Source of the DNA: an uncultured Acutalibacter sp.
Lineage (GTDB): Bacteria > Bacillota > Clostridia > Oscillospirales > Acutalibacteraceae
Direction of reading: 5' to 3'
Assembly (NCBI GenBank): GCA_964602365.1
Contig: CAZRQD010000001.1
Span: forward strand, 7,944 to 71,943
Length of the DNA stretch: 64,000 nt
Shown: one piece after another, positions 1 through 8,208 of the stretch
How positions within the stretch are numbered: the stretch's first letter is position 1
Layout: every line of letters begins with the position of its first letter
Notes under the pieces: generated by a model
Database searches by the model: none
What the model was told of the DNA's origin: nothing
What the model saw: only the letters and a program-made list of their open reading frames with translations
Translations under genes and position numbers: made by a program

Positions 1-121
1 TCCCAAAATATATGGGAAAGATAACGGCAAGGATATTCGTGGCGTAGACGGAGTTGGCCCAGTCGTAAAGTATCCAGCTCCACTCGGACTTGGTGAATTT
101 GTCTCTTGGCTTTTTAGCCAT
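1..121 (-). CDS. MFS transporter (UMF1/Atg22-like), 5' part only; runs off the window start
   Basis: Manual translation from ATG at 121: MAKKPRDKFTKSEWSWILYDWANSVYATNILAVIFPIYFG. W.LYDWANS is typical of the UMF1-type MFS N-terminus. RBS-like GAAGGGA upstream. Confidence 0.75.
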   Translation of the reverse strand, partial: MAKKPRDKFTKSEWSWILYDWANSVYATNILAVIFPIYFG

Positions 122-189
122 AATGATCCCTTCTCTCAGGCTGTTTTGATTATTCTAACAAATAATGTCTTCTTTTGCAAGTTTTTTTG

Positions 190-1491
190 TCATTTTTTTG
201 TGATTATTTCTCCCCTCACAAAATCCTCCCCCGCCTCCGTAATCCTCACCGGGAGAATATCTCCGCAGACGGGGCAAGCGCTCTCGGCCCTCACCGGGGT
301 GTAGTTCTCGGTATATCCCGAATATATGCGATCGCATACCTTTCCTTCAAAGAGGACGTTTTCGGTCCTCCCTACCTGGGAGAGCATAAACTCTTTTCTG
401 GATTCCGCCCCCGCTTTTGCCATATGGCGCGCGCGCTCCTCCTTTACCGCCCTCGGAATCTGCCCGGGGGCGTTATACGCGGCGGTGCCGGGTCTGCGGG
501 AATATGGAAATACGTGGATTTTCGCGAACCCTATCCTCCTTACAAACTCCAGAGATTCGGCGAACTCCTCCTCAGTCTCCCCGGAAAATCCCACCATCAC
601 GTCAGTCGTAAGGGCGCACCCGGGGAAGACCTCTCTTAAGTCCTCGCAGATCTGCTCAAACTCGGCAGCGGTATACCGGCGGTTCATGCGTTTTAGGGTC
701 TCGTCGCACCCGCTTTGCAGGGAGAGGTGAAACTGCGGCATAAGCTTTTTCTGTCCGCTAAGCCTTGTTATGACCTCGGCGGTCAGCGCCTCCGGTTCAA
801 GAGAGCTAAGCCGCACGCGGCAAATCCCCCCGCAGGATGCGATCGCATCGATCGCATCGCAGAGGTCCAGTCCCAGGTCCTGCCCGTAGCACGGCAGGTT
901 TATGCCTGAGAGGACTACCTCCTTGTATCCGGCACCGGCCAGGGTCTCCCCCTCTTTTCTTATATCCTCCGGCGGCCTGGAGCGGACCCTCCCCCTTGCG
1001 TATGGTATTACGCAGTAGGAACAGAAGCGGTCGCATCCGTCCTCGATCTTGAGGAATGCCCTCGTTCTCCCGGAAAATTCAGAGATGGATAGCGGCTCAA
1101 ATTTCTCATCCTTCCCATGCGGTGAGATTAAAACCCTCCTCACGGGGTTTTGCAGGTACTCCAAAACGGCCCTCGCCAGCGCCTTGCGGTTGGAGGTCCC
1201 CAAGATGATGTCCGCCTCCTCTATCTCCTCTGCCCTATCCGGAAAGGCCTGCGGGAAACATCCGGTAAGCACCGCCGCCGCACCGGGGTTCTCCCTCTTC
1301 AGCCGCCGTAGGGCCGATCTCATCTTCCTGTCGCTTTCTGCGGTGACGGTGCAGGAATTGACCACCACCACGTCCGCGCTCTCCCCCTCTTTGGCGCTTG
1401 TAAAACCGGCCCGCTCCATCTCCTCCAGCATTGCCTGTGATTCGTACTGGTTGACCTTACACCCCAGGGTATAAAAACGCACCTTCATCAT
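190..1491 (-). CDS. mtaB: tRNA t6A37 methylthiotransferase MtaB (radical SAM, UPF0004 + TRAM)
   Basis: TLGCKVNQYES N-terminus, VVVNSCTVT, radical SAM CDRFCSYC motif, C-terminal TRAM-like domain. Confidence 0.9.
   Translation of the reverse strand: MMKVRFYTLGCKVNQYESQAMLEEMERAGFTSAKEGESADVVVVNSCTVTAESDRKMRSALRRLKRENPGAAAVLTGCFPQAFPDRAEEIEEADIILGTSNRKALARAVLEYLQNPVRRVLISPHGKDEKFEPLSISEFSGRTRAFLKIEDGCDRFCSYCVIPYARGRVRSRPPEDIRKEGETLAGAGYKEVVLSGINLPCYGQDLGLDLCDAIDAIASCGGICRVRLSSLEPEALTAEVITRLSGQKKLMPQFHLSLQSGCDETLKRMNRRYTAAEFEQICEDLREVFPGCALTTDVMVGFSGETEEEFAESLEFVRRIGFAKIHVFPYSRRPGTAAYNAPGQIPRAVKEERARHMAKAGAESRKEFMLSQVGRTENVLFEGKVCDRIYSGYTENYTPVRAESACPVCGDILPVRITEAGEDFVRGEIITKK
326..337. repeat. 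HIP1-like palindrome ATGCGATCGCAT, copy 1
   Basis: Exact 12-mer (extends to 14-bp TATGCGATCGCATA) inside mtaB, read as V-C-D-R-I. Confidence 0.85.
837..848. repeat. HIP1-like palindrome ATGCGATCGCAT, copy 2
   Basis: Exact 12-mer inside mtaB (D-A-I-A), followed directly by a partial copy CGATCGCAT at 849-857. Confidence 0.85.
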
Positions 1492-3407
1492 AAGTTCTCC
1501 GTCTCCTCGTTATCCAAAGCCTCAGAAAGCTCTCCCCACTCCTTCAGAAGCTCCTCTTCACGCTCCTTTAAGGTCTCCATCTCCGCACTTATCTCGCTTA
1601 AACGCTCATAGCTCGCGGATATCCCCTCATCTGAGAGGAGCAGCTCTCTCTCGCTTATCTCCCGCTCGTTTTCCTCAATTTTCTCCTCCAGTCTGCCAAG
1701 GGCTCCTCTCATCCTGCGGAGCCTCGACTCCCTCTCCTTGCGCAGTTTGTATTGACTTTCCGGTTTATGCGGCTCATTTTCGGATGCGATCGCATCATCC
1801 CGCTTCTCCAGATAGTAGTCGTAATTGCCAAGATAAAGTTTGGCTCCGCTTTCAGAGAGAAAATAGAGCTTGTCCGCCAGCTTATTTATAAGATACCTGT
1901 CGTGGGATACCACAAAGAGTGTGCCGTCGTATCCCAAAAGGGCGTCCTCCAGCGCCTGTGCGGAACTTATGTCCAGGTGGTTGGTCGGCTCATCCAGGAG
2001 GAGAAAGTTTGCCTTAGAGAGCATCAGCCTAAGCAGCAAAAGCCTTGCCCTCTCCCCTCCGGAGAGGGAACCCACCTGTTTAAACACGTCCTCCCCCTTA
2101 AACAGAAAAACCGCTAAAGCGCTTCTTATCTCGGTCTGCGTCATCTTTGGGTATAGATCCCAGATCTCGTCTATCACGGTCTCTTCATCGTGCAGGCTCA
2201 TCTGGTTCTGCTCGTAATACCCGGGCTCTACACCCGTGCCAAGTTTTACGGTCCCGGAGTCTGCCCGGTACTGTCCCAAAAGAATCTTCAGCAAGCTCGT
2301 CTTTCCGCACCCGTTGGGCCCTATCAGAAAGACCTTTTCTCCCCGCCTTATCTCCAAATTCACCCCGCTAAACAGGACCTTCCCGGAAAAGGATATACTC
2401 AGATCCCTGGCATTCAGCACCTCATCCCCGCTCCTGCGGCTGGCCTTAAACTTGAAGCGTATGCCCTCGGGGTCCTCCCCGGGCTTTACCAAAGAGGCGT
2501 TTAGTCTGTCCAAAGTATGCTGTTTGCTGGCTATTGTTCTGAAATTTCTCTCCTGCCCAAACTGCCTCTGCTGTTCGATCATCCCCTCCACCCGCTCTAT
2601 CTCCCTGCGGGTATTCTCATATACCCTCTCCTGCGCTATCCGCATCTCCTCCTTTAAAGAGAGGAACCTGGAATAATTCCCGCCATAGCTTTGCAGGCTG
2701 CCGTTCGTAATCTCAAAAGTCCGCTCCGTAACCCTGTCCAGAAAATACCTGTCGTGGCTCACCACGATATAGGCCCCGGGGAAATTTCTGAGGAAATCCT
2801 CCAGCCACTCCACAGAGCTTATGTCCAGATGGTTGGTCGGCTCGTCTAAAAGGAGAAGGTTCGCACCGCTTAAAAGCAGTTTCGCAAGCCCAAGTTTAGC
2901 CTTCTGCCCGCCGGAGAGCACCCCCACCAAACTGTTTATCTGCCCCTCTGAAAATCCCAGGCCGATAAGCGCACTCTTCACCCTCGCGCGGTAGGTAAGC
3001 CCGCCGGAATACTCAAACCTCTCCCTCAGCTCATCCTGCCGGGATATGAGGGCTTTCAGCCTCGCAGGGTCATCCTCTCTCCTTAGTCTGCGGTTTACCT
3101 CCTCAAGCTCCTCCTCCAACTCGATCAGCGGGGAAAATACCGTCATCACCTCGTCATAGGCGGTCTTCGCGAGATCTCTGCAGACGTGCTGCTCCATATA
3201 TCCCAGCTTTGCCTCCCGCCCGTAGGAGACAGAGCCCTTAGACGGCTCGTACTCTCCGGTCAAAACCTTTAGGAGAGTGGTCTTTCCGCTGCCGTTTGGG
3301 CCAACCAAACCTATATGTTCTGATTTTTGCATCTCGAAATTTATATTTTCAAGGATAAGTGCGTCGCCCAAATTCTGCGTGACGCCCCGCACCGTGAGAA
3401 TTGCCAC
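1488..3407 (-). CDS. ABC-F family ribosome-associated ATP-binding protein
   Basis: Two ABC cassettes (GPNGSGKTT...LSGGQ...LLLDEPTNHLD; GPNGCGKTS...LSGGE...DEPTNHLD), no TM segments, C-terminal coiled coil; GTG start. Confidence 0.92.
   Translation of the reverse strand: MAILTVRGVTQNLGDALILENINFEMQKSEHIGLVGPNGSGKTTLLKVLTGEYEPSKGSVSYGREAKLGYMEQHVCRDLAKTAYDEVMTVFSPLIELEEELEEVNRRLRREDDPARLKALISRQDELRERFEYSGGLTYRARVKSALIGLGFSEGQINSLVGVLSGGQKAKLGLAKLLLSGANLLLLDEPTNHLDISSVEWLEDFLRNFPGAYIVVSHDRYFLDRVTERTFEITNGSLQSYGGNYSRFLSLKEEMRIAQERVYENTRREIERVEGMIEQQRQFGQERNFRTIASKQHTLDRLNASLVKPGEDPEGIRFKFKASRRSGDEVLNARDLSISFSGKVLFSGVNLEIRRGEKVFLIGPNGCGKTSLLKILLGQYRADSGTVKLGTGVEPGYYEQNQMSLHDEETVIDEIWDLYPKMTQTEIRSALAVFLFKGEDVFKQVGSLSGGERARLLLLRLMLSKANFLLLDEPTNHLDISSAQALEDALLGYDGTLFVVSHDRYLINKLADKLYFLSESGAKLYLGNYDYYLEKRDDAIASENEPHKPESQYKLRKERESRLRRMRGALGRLEEKIEENEREISERELLLSDEGISASYERLSEISAEMETLKEREEELLKEWGELSEALDNEETENL
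1784..1795. repeat. HIP1-like palindrome ATGCGATCGCAT, copy 3
   Basis: Exact 12-mer inside the ABC-F gene (D-A-I-A-S). Confidence 0.85.
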
Positions 3408-3493
3408 GGGTCATTCCCCCTTTAGCCCTGACAGGGGTATTATATAGGAAAATATTCCTTCTGGCAAGTGGTAGAAATCCGCGAAAATTTTTC

Positions 3494-3522
3494 TTGACAT
3501 TTTTCCAAAACCGGTCTATACT
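3494..3522 (+). promoter_or_regulatory. sigmaA promoter of tRNA-Gly
   Basis: TTGACA (3494-3499), 17 nt, TATACT (3517-3522), 18 nt before the tRNA. Confidence 0.8.
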
Positions 3523-3540
3523 CTGGAAAGTAGATGACTT

Positions 3541-3614
3541 GCGGGCGTAGTTCAATGGCAGAACATCAGCTTCCCAAGCTGAATACGAGGGTTCGATTCC
3601 CTTCGCCCGCTCCA
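3541..3614 (+). tRNA. tRNA-Gly(CCC)
   Basis: GCGGGCGTAGTTCAATGG...CT-CCC-AA anticodon loop...GGTTCGATTCC...CCA; 74-nt cloverleaf. Confidence 0.97.
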
Positions 3615-3681
3615 GTTTAAGGTTCCAAACGCAGTCGGCGTTTTGGGGCCTTTGTTTTTCCATTTTTTGCCATTTTGGACT

Positions 3682-3714
3682 AAAAACCCCAGGGCATCTG
3701 CCCCGGGGAGTTTT
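3682..3714. terminator. Probable intrinsic terminator between convergent tRNA-Gly and pckG
   Basis: AAAACCCCAGGG-catctg-CCCCGGGGAGTTTT imperfect stem flanked by A and T tracts. Confidence 0.5.
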
Positions 3715-3767
3715 CATTCTATGTATACATTCTATATATGTTATTGGTTGGTTTTTCTTTGAAATGC

Positions 3768-5540
3768 TTAGGCGCAGTTGGCCTGCAGGGTTTTTAGCTC
3801 CTCCCTCAGCTCTTTGGGGAGTTTGTCGCCGAACTGCTTGTAGAATTCCTCTACGCCGGCGGCCTCTTTTGCCCACTTTGCCTTGTCGATGTCTAAGATC
3901 TTCTGCAGCTGCTCCTCTGTGAGGTCCAGCCCTTCAAGGTTGATGTCCTTGGCGTACGGGACATAGCCAATAGGCGTCTCCTTCGCGTCCACGGTACCCT
4001 CGCAGCGCTTGATGATCCACTCTATTACCCTGAGGTTGTCGCCGAAGCCCGGCCAGATGAAATTGCCGTTCTCGTCCACGCGGAACCAGTTGACGTTGAA
4101 GATCTTGGGGGCCTTGTCGCCAAGGACCTTGCCCATATCTATCCAGTGCTGGAAATAATCTCCCATATGGTATCCGCAGAACGGGAGCATGGCCATGGGG
4201 TCGCGCCTTACGACGCCGACCTGCCCGGCGGCGGCCGCTGTGGTCTCAGAGCCTGTGATGGAGCCGACAAATACGCCGTTGTTCCAGTTCTTGGACTGGT
4301 AGACCAGCGGAACGGTGTCGGGTCTGCGCCCGCCGAAGATTATCGCGGAGACCGGCACACCCTTGGGGTTCTCAAACTCGCTGGAGAGGCAGGGGCAGTT
4401 CTTAGTGGGTGCGGTGAAGCGGCTGTTGGGATGCGCCAGCTTGTTCCCTGCGGCGACATACTCCGGTCCGTTCACATGCTCGCCCTTCCACTCCTCGGCG
4501 TTCACGGGAGGATTCTTGTCCAAGCTCTCCCACCAGACAGTGTTGTCGTCCAAATTTCTGGCGACGTTTGTGAAGATGGCACCCTTCTGCGTGGAGATAA
4601 GCGCATTGGGGTTAGACTTCATGTTGGTTCCTGGCGCAACGCCAAAGAACCCGTTTTCAGGATTTATGGCATAGAGCCTGCCGTCCTCACCCTTGCGCAT
4701 CCAGGCGATGTCGTCGCCCACTGTCCAGACCTTATATCCCTTGGCCTTGTATCCCTCCGGGGGAATCATCATGGCCAGGTTGGTCTTGCCGCAGGCGGAC
4801 GGGAAGGCAGCGCAGACATATTTGATATCCCCGTCGGGCTTCTCCACGCCAAGGATCAGCATATGCTCGGCCATCCAGCCCTCGTTTTTAGCCTGATAGG
4901 AGGCTATGCGCAGGGCAAAGCACTTCTTGCCCAAAAGCACGTTCCCGCCGTAAGCGGAGTTTACGGAGATGATGGTATTGTCCTCCGGGAACTGGCAGAT
5001 CCACCGCTTCTCGGGGTCAACGTCGCATTTGGCGTGCAGGCCGCGGACCCAGTCGTCGCTGTCGCCAAGCACGTCTAGGACTTTCTGCCCAACCCTCGTC
5101 ATTATGGACATGTTCAGAACGACATAGATGGAGTCGGTGACCTCTATGCCTATCTTGGCGAGAGGAGAGCCAATCGGCCCCATGGAATAGGGAATAACAT
5201 ACATTGTGCGGCCGCTGTAGCTTCCGCGCGCGATATCGAAAAGCATCTTGTAGGCGGCGCCGGGTTCCATCCAGTGGTTGGTGGGACCTGCGTCCTCTTC
5301 CTTCCTAGAGCAGATGAGCGTGCGGTCTTCCACCCTTGCCACGTCGTTTGGCGCAGTGCGGTGATAGTAGCAGCCGGGGAGTTTCTCCTCGTTTAGCTTG
5401 ATCATCTCACCTGTCTCAACAGCTTCTTTCCTAAGCTCCTCAAGCTGTTCCTCGCTGCCGTCGATCCACATGACAGACGCGGGCTTGACAAGAGCTTTCA
5501 TCTCTTCCAGCCAGCTGAGGACTGTCTTGTTCTCAGTCAT
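3768..5540 (-). CDS. pckG: Phosphoenolpyruvate carboxykinase (GTP)
   Basis: FPSACGKTNLAM, VGDDIAW, INPENGFFGVAPG, HPNSRF, DPMAMLPFCGY, VNWFR motifs. Start moved to ATG 5540 (MTENK) behind AAAGGAG. Confidence 0.95.
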   Translation of the reverse strand: MTENKTVLSWLEEMKALVKPASVMWIDGSEEQLEELRKEAVETGEMIKLNEEKLPGCYYHRTAPNDVARVEDRTLICSRKEEDAGPTNHWMEPGAAYKMLFDIARGSYSGRTMYVIPYSMGPIGSPLAKIGIEVTDSIYVVLNMSIMTRVGQKVLDVLGDSDDWVRGLHAKCDVDPEKRWICQFPEDNTIISVNSAYGGNVLLGKKCFALRIASYQAKNEGWMAEHMLILGVEKPDGDIKYVCAAFPSACGKTNLAMMIPPEGYKAKGYKVWTVGDDIAWMRKGEDGRLYAINPENGFFGVAPGTNMKSNPNALISTQKGAIFTNVARNLDDNTVWWESLDKNPPVNAEEWKGEHVNGPEYVAAGNKLAHPNSRFTAPTKNCPCLSSEFENPKGVPVSAIIFGGRRPDTVPLVYQSKNWNNGVFVGSITGSETTAAAAGQVGVVRRDPMAMLPFCGYHMGDYFQHWIDMGKVLGDKAPKIFNVNWFRVDENGNFIWPGFGDNLRVIEWIIKRCEGTVDAKETPIGYVPYAKDINLEGLDLTEEQLQKILDIDKAKWAKEAAGVEEFYKQFGDKLPKELREELKTLQANCA

Positions 5541-5755
5541 CTTTATTAACTCCTTTCGCCCAAAGGGACTTAAAATTTGCAAAATGCCGGGCGACCTAGC
5601 CCACTCTTATTTTAGCATATGCGGGAAAAAATATCAATGAAGAATTTGTAAACGTGTAGTTTCTCAAAAACCGCCGGGTTTTTTAGAGAAAGTTTATTAT
5701 CGTATCTCTCCCCCCTGCGGTGTGGAGAGAGATATACTCAGAAAGCAAATGCTCC

Positions 5756-5782
5756 AAAAAGGCCTGGGTTTTTTGGGTTTTT
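5756..5782 (+). repeat. Solo or degenerate copy of the intergenic repeat family (leader segment)
   Basis: AAAAAGGCCTGGGTTTTTTGGGTTTTT is identical over 27 nt to 7954-7980 and over 18 nt to 25764-25781. Confidence 0.75.
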
Positions 5783-5809
5783 CCTTAAATTCTCGCAGTG
5801 AAATTTTCC

Positions 5810-6277
5810 CTATCTTCCAAAAAGATTCTTAAGCCAGTTTGCGAAGGCGTCTGCGCCGAAGACCGCCAGCATCACAAGAGAGATGAAGATCACTACCAAC
5901 AGTATCTCAAATACTATACGTTTTGGGTTTGTGCGGGTTTCCGGAACGTCCTCCCCCGTCTCCCGCTCCACCTCTTTAGAGACCTCCCGTGCGATCTCCT
6001 CTGCCCGCTCCATCTTATCATATCTCACAGAGATATTCTTGTCGGTCGGCATGGCAGTGCTGTCATAGGTAAAGCTGCCGGAGGGGACCTCCAGAGCCTC
6101 AAACTCAATGCCTTCCGCCGCGAACCTCTCGGAGAGAAGATTTGCGGTATAGAGGTCAGCGCGCTGTAAAAATACCATATCATCCCCCGAAAGCGGCCTT
6201 AGCCGGGGATTTCTGCAGTTGGGGCACCTCCTGGCACCGTCCTGCGCGATTCCCTTGCATCTCTCGCAGTAGAGCAT
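5810..6277 (-). CDS. Hypothetical protein: N-terminal zinc ribbon, DUF2007-like middle, C-terminal TM helix
   Basis: CERC...CPNC; ANLLSERFAAEGIEF; hydrophobic IVFEILLVVIFISLVMLAVFGA; RBS GAGGAGG. Confidence 0.75.
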   Translation of the reverse strand: MLYCERCKGIAQDGARRCPNCRNPRLRPLSGDDMVFLQRADLYTANLLSERFAAEGIEFEALEVPSGSFTYDSTAMPTDKNISVRYDKMERAEEIAREVSKEVERETGEDVPETRTNPKRIVFEILLVVIFISLVMLAVFGADAFANWLKNLFGR

Positions 6278-6315
6278 AAAAGCCTCCTCTATGCGTTAAA
6301 TTCACAGAAAGCGAA

Positions 6316-6345
6316 CCGCGGCAAGCAAATGAGGACTTGCCGCGG
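6316..6345 (-). terminator. Hairpin terminator after the tRNA-Ser pair
   Basis: CCGCGGCAAG-10nt-CTTGCCGCGG perfect 10-bp stem directly 3' of tRNA-Ser(GCT). Confidence 0.55.
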
Positions 6346-6350
6346 CAGCA

Positions 6351-6440
6351 TGGCGGAGAAGATGGGATTTGAACCCATGCGCCGGTTTCCCGACCTACTC
6401 CCTTAGCAGGGGAGCCCCTTCACCACTTGGGTACTTCTCC
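6351..6440 (-). tRNA. tRNA-Ser(GCT)
   Basis: Reverse complement GGAGAAGTACCCAAGTGG...CTCCC-CT-GCT-AA-GGGAG, long variable arm, GGTTCAAATCC, CCA; 90 nt. Confidence 0.97.
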
Positions 6441-6453
6441 CTGGCGAAGAAAT

Positions 6454-6542
6454 TGGCGGAGAGGAAGAGATTCGAACTCTTGGCTCCTTGCGGAGTCACT
6501 GGTTTTCAAGACCAGCTCCATAAACCACTCGGACACCTCTCC
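6454..6542 (-). tRNA. tRNA-Ser(TGA)
   Basis: Reverse complement GGAGAGGTGTCCGAGTGG...CTGGT-CT-TGA-AA-ACCAG, long variable arm, AGTTCGAATC, CCA; 89 nt. Confidence 0.97.
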
Positions 6543-6560
6543 ATATCCGGCGTGATTAGG

Positions 6561-6590
6561 ATTTTACCACATCCACCCCAACAATGTCAA
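6561..6590 (-). promoter_or_regulatory. sigmaA promoter of the tRNA-Ser pair
   Basis: TTGACA, 18 nt, extended -10 TGG-TAAAAT on the minus strand. Confidence 0.75.
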
Positions 6591-6627
6591 TAATTTTTTT
6601 GAGAAAGCTTTGAATTTGCCCCTTTTA

Positions 6628-6697
6628 GTAAATTCCCAAAGTAAGTTCCACAGTGGAATTTACTTTGAAAATTTACGAGATGTGAAATTTTCGTAAA
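6628..6697. promoter_or_regulatory. 49-bp near-perfect palindrome plus an overlapping second inverted repeat between divergent promoters
   Basis: GTAAATT-CC-CAAAGTAAGTTCCAC-A-GTGGAATTTACTTTG-AA-AATTTAC (6628-6676), then TTTACGAGA...TTTCGTAAA. Confidence 0.6.
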
Positions 6698-6723
6698 CAG
6701 TTGGGTTTAGGCGGTTTATACGG

Positions 6724-6752
6724 TTGCAGATGAACAAAAATTCTGGTATAAT
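6724..6752 (+). promoter_or_regulatory. sigmaA promoter of the aldo/keto reductase
   Basis: TTGCAG, 17 nt, extended -10 TGG-TATAAT. Confidence 0.7.
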
Positions 6753-6826
6753 AAAAATACACCGCAGGCTTTTGGGGCGTTGCCGCCGTGGAAAAAGCCC
6801 GCGGAAAATAATGACAGGGAGAGAAA

Positions 6827-7954
6827 ATGATGGAAAGGTATTTCGGAGAGAGTACGCCAAAACTGGGCTTTGGACTGATGAGGCTGCCAAAACTCAGCGA
6901 CGGGAGCATCGACGTCGAGCAGGTGAAAGAGATGGTAGATCTCTTTATGGGCGCCGGGCTTACGTATTTTGACACCGCCTACGTCTACGATAACGGCGAG
7001 AGCGAGAAGGCTGCAAAACTCGCGCTTGTTGACAGATACCCCAGGGAGAGCTATACCCTTGCCACGAAGCTCTGCGCGTGGATGGGAGATCCCACCGAGG
7101 AGGCGGCCAAGGGCCAGTTTTACACCAGCTTAGAGCGCACCGGCGCGGGATATTTCGACTATTACCTGCTCCACGCCATACAGCGCAACAACTATAAGGT
7201 ATACGACGATTTCCATATTTGGGATTTTGTCAAAGAGCAGAAGGAGAAAGGTCTCATAAAACATTACGGCTTCTCCTTCCATGCGGACCCGGAGCTTTTG
7301 GACGAGCTGCTGACCGCCCACCCCGACGTGGATTTTGTCCAGCTGCAGATTAACTATGCGGACTGGGATAATCCCGGCGTGCTTTCCAGGCAGTGCCTGG
7401 AGGTCGCCAAAAAACACGGCAAGTCAGTGACTGTCATGGAGCCGGTAAAGGGCGGCGCGCTTGCCAACCCCATAGAATCAGTGCAGAAGATATTCAAAGA
7501 GGCCAATCCAAAGGCATCCTGCGCCTCCTGGGCCATTCGCTTCGTCGCGAGCCAGGACAATATCATAACCGTCCTCTCCGGAATGTCTAACGTGGAGCAG
7601 ATGAAGGACAATATCTCCTATATGAAGGACTTCAAACCCATGACCGAGGAGGAGTTCAAGGTCATTGACAGGGCCAGGGCTGCCCTAAACGCAGACAAAT
7701 CCATCCCATGCACCGCCTGCCACTACTGTACGGAGAACTGCCCCATGCAGATACCGATCCCGGAGATCTTCCACGTGGTGAACCGCCAGGGGAATCAGCC
7801 CGCCTTCAGGGGGATAAGGGAGTACAATATCGCGACAGAGGGCAGAGGAAAGGCCTCCCAGTGCCTGCAGTGCGGCCAGTGCGAGGGTGCTTGCCCGCAG
7901 CATCTGCCAATTATCACTTACTTAAAAGAGGCAGCGGAGCGTTTCGAACAGTAA
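6827..7954 (+). CDS. Aldo/keto reductase with C-terminal 4Fe-4S dicluster domain
   Basis: LGFGLMRLP, YFDTAYVY, ATKL, YYLLH, GFSFH, VQLQINY, MEPVKGG; CTACHYCTENCP and CLQCGQCEGACP. Confidence 0.9.
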   Translation: MMERYFGESTPKLGFGLMRLPKLSDGSIDVEQVKEMVDLFMGAGLTYFDTAYVYDNGESEKAAKLALVDRYPRESYTLATKLCAWMGDPTEEAAKGQFYTSLERTGAGYFDYYLLHAIQRNNYKVYDDFHIWDFVKEQKEKGLIKHYGFSFHADPELLDELLTAHPDVDFVQLQINYADWDNPGVLSRQCLEVAKKHGKSVTVMEPVKGGALANPIESVQKIFKEANPKASCASWAIRFVASQDNIITVLSGMSNVEQMKDNISYMKDFKPMTEEEFKVIDRARAALNADKSIPCTACHYCTENCPMQIPIPEIFHVVNRQGNQPAFRGIREYNIATEGRGKASQCLQCGQCEGACPQHLPIITYLKEAAERFEQ

Positions 7955-8208
7955 AAAAGGCCTGGGTTTTTTGGGTTTTTTCATTGCCCACACCTAAAGC
8001 CGAGAGAAGTGAAAAAATCTGGGTTTTTCTCCCGCTAAAAAAGCGGGAGAAAACTTTTTGTGCGGCTTTACCTAAAGCCGAGAGAAGTGAAAAAGCCTGG
8101 GTTTTTCTCCGTCCAAAAAAGTAGGAGAAAACTTTCTCCACAGTTTCACCTCAAGCTGAGAGAAGTGAAAAAATCTCCCCGCAAAAAACGGGGAGATTTT
8201 TTCAGCTT
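7954..8208 (+). repeat. Tandem array of 78-bp hairpin-containing intergenic repeats (leader + about 3 units)
   Basis: CC(T)(A/C)AAGC(C/T)GAGAGAAGTGAAAAA recurs at 7993, 8071 and 8149 (period 78). Each unit carries a hairpin of the type GTTTTTCTCC-stem-A6 loop-GGAGAAAAC. The last unit forms a strong bidirectional terminator-like stem. Confidence 0.85.

Noticed and set aside
3541-3770. tRNA-Gly as a possible integration site
   Set aside because: No integrase, no duplicated tRNA 3' end and no foreign-looking cargo follow; pckG ends 150 nt later. The same holds for the tRNA-Ser pair.
3349-3876. 175-aa minus-strand ORF
   Set aside because: It is antisense to tRNA-Gly, its promoter and terminator, and overlaps two real genes.
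7954-8208. Possible CRISPR array (regularly spaced 24-nt repeats)
   Set aside because: The intervening 54-nt segments resemble one another and recur at 25764-25921, so they are not unique spacers. There are only about 3 units and no cas genes in the window.
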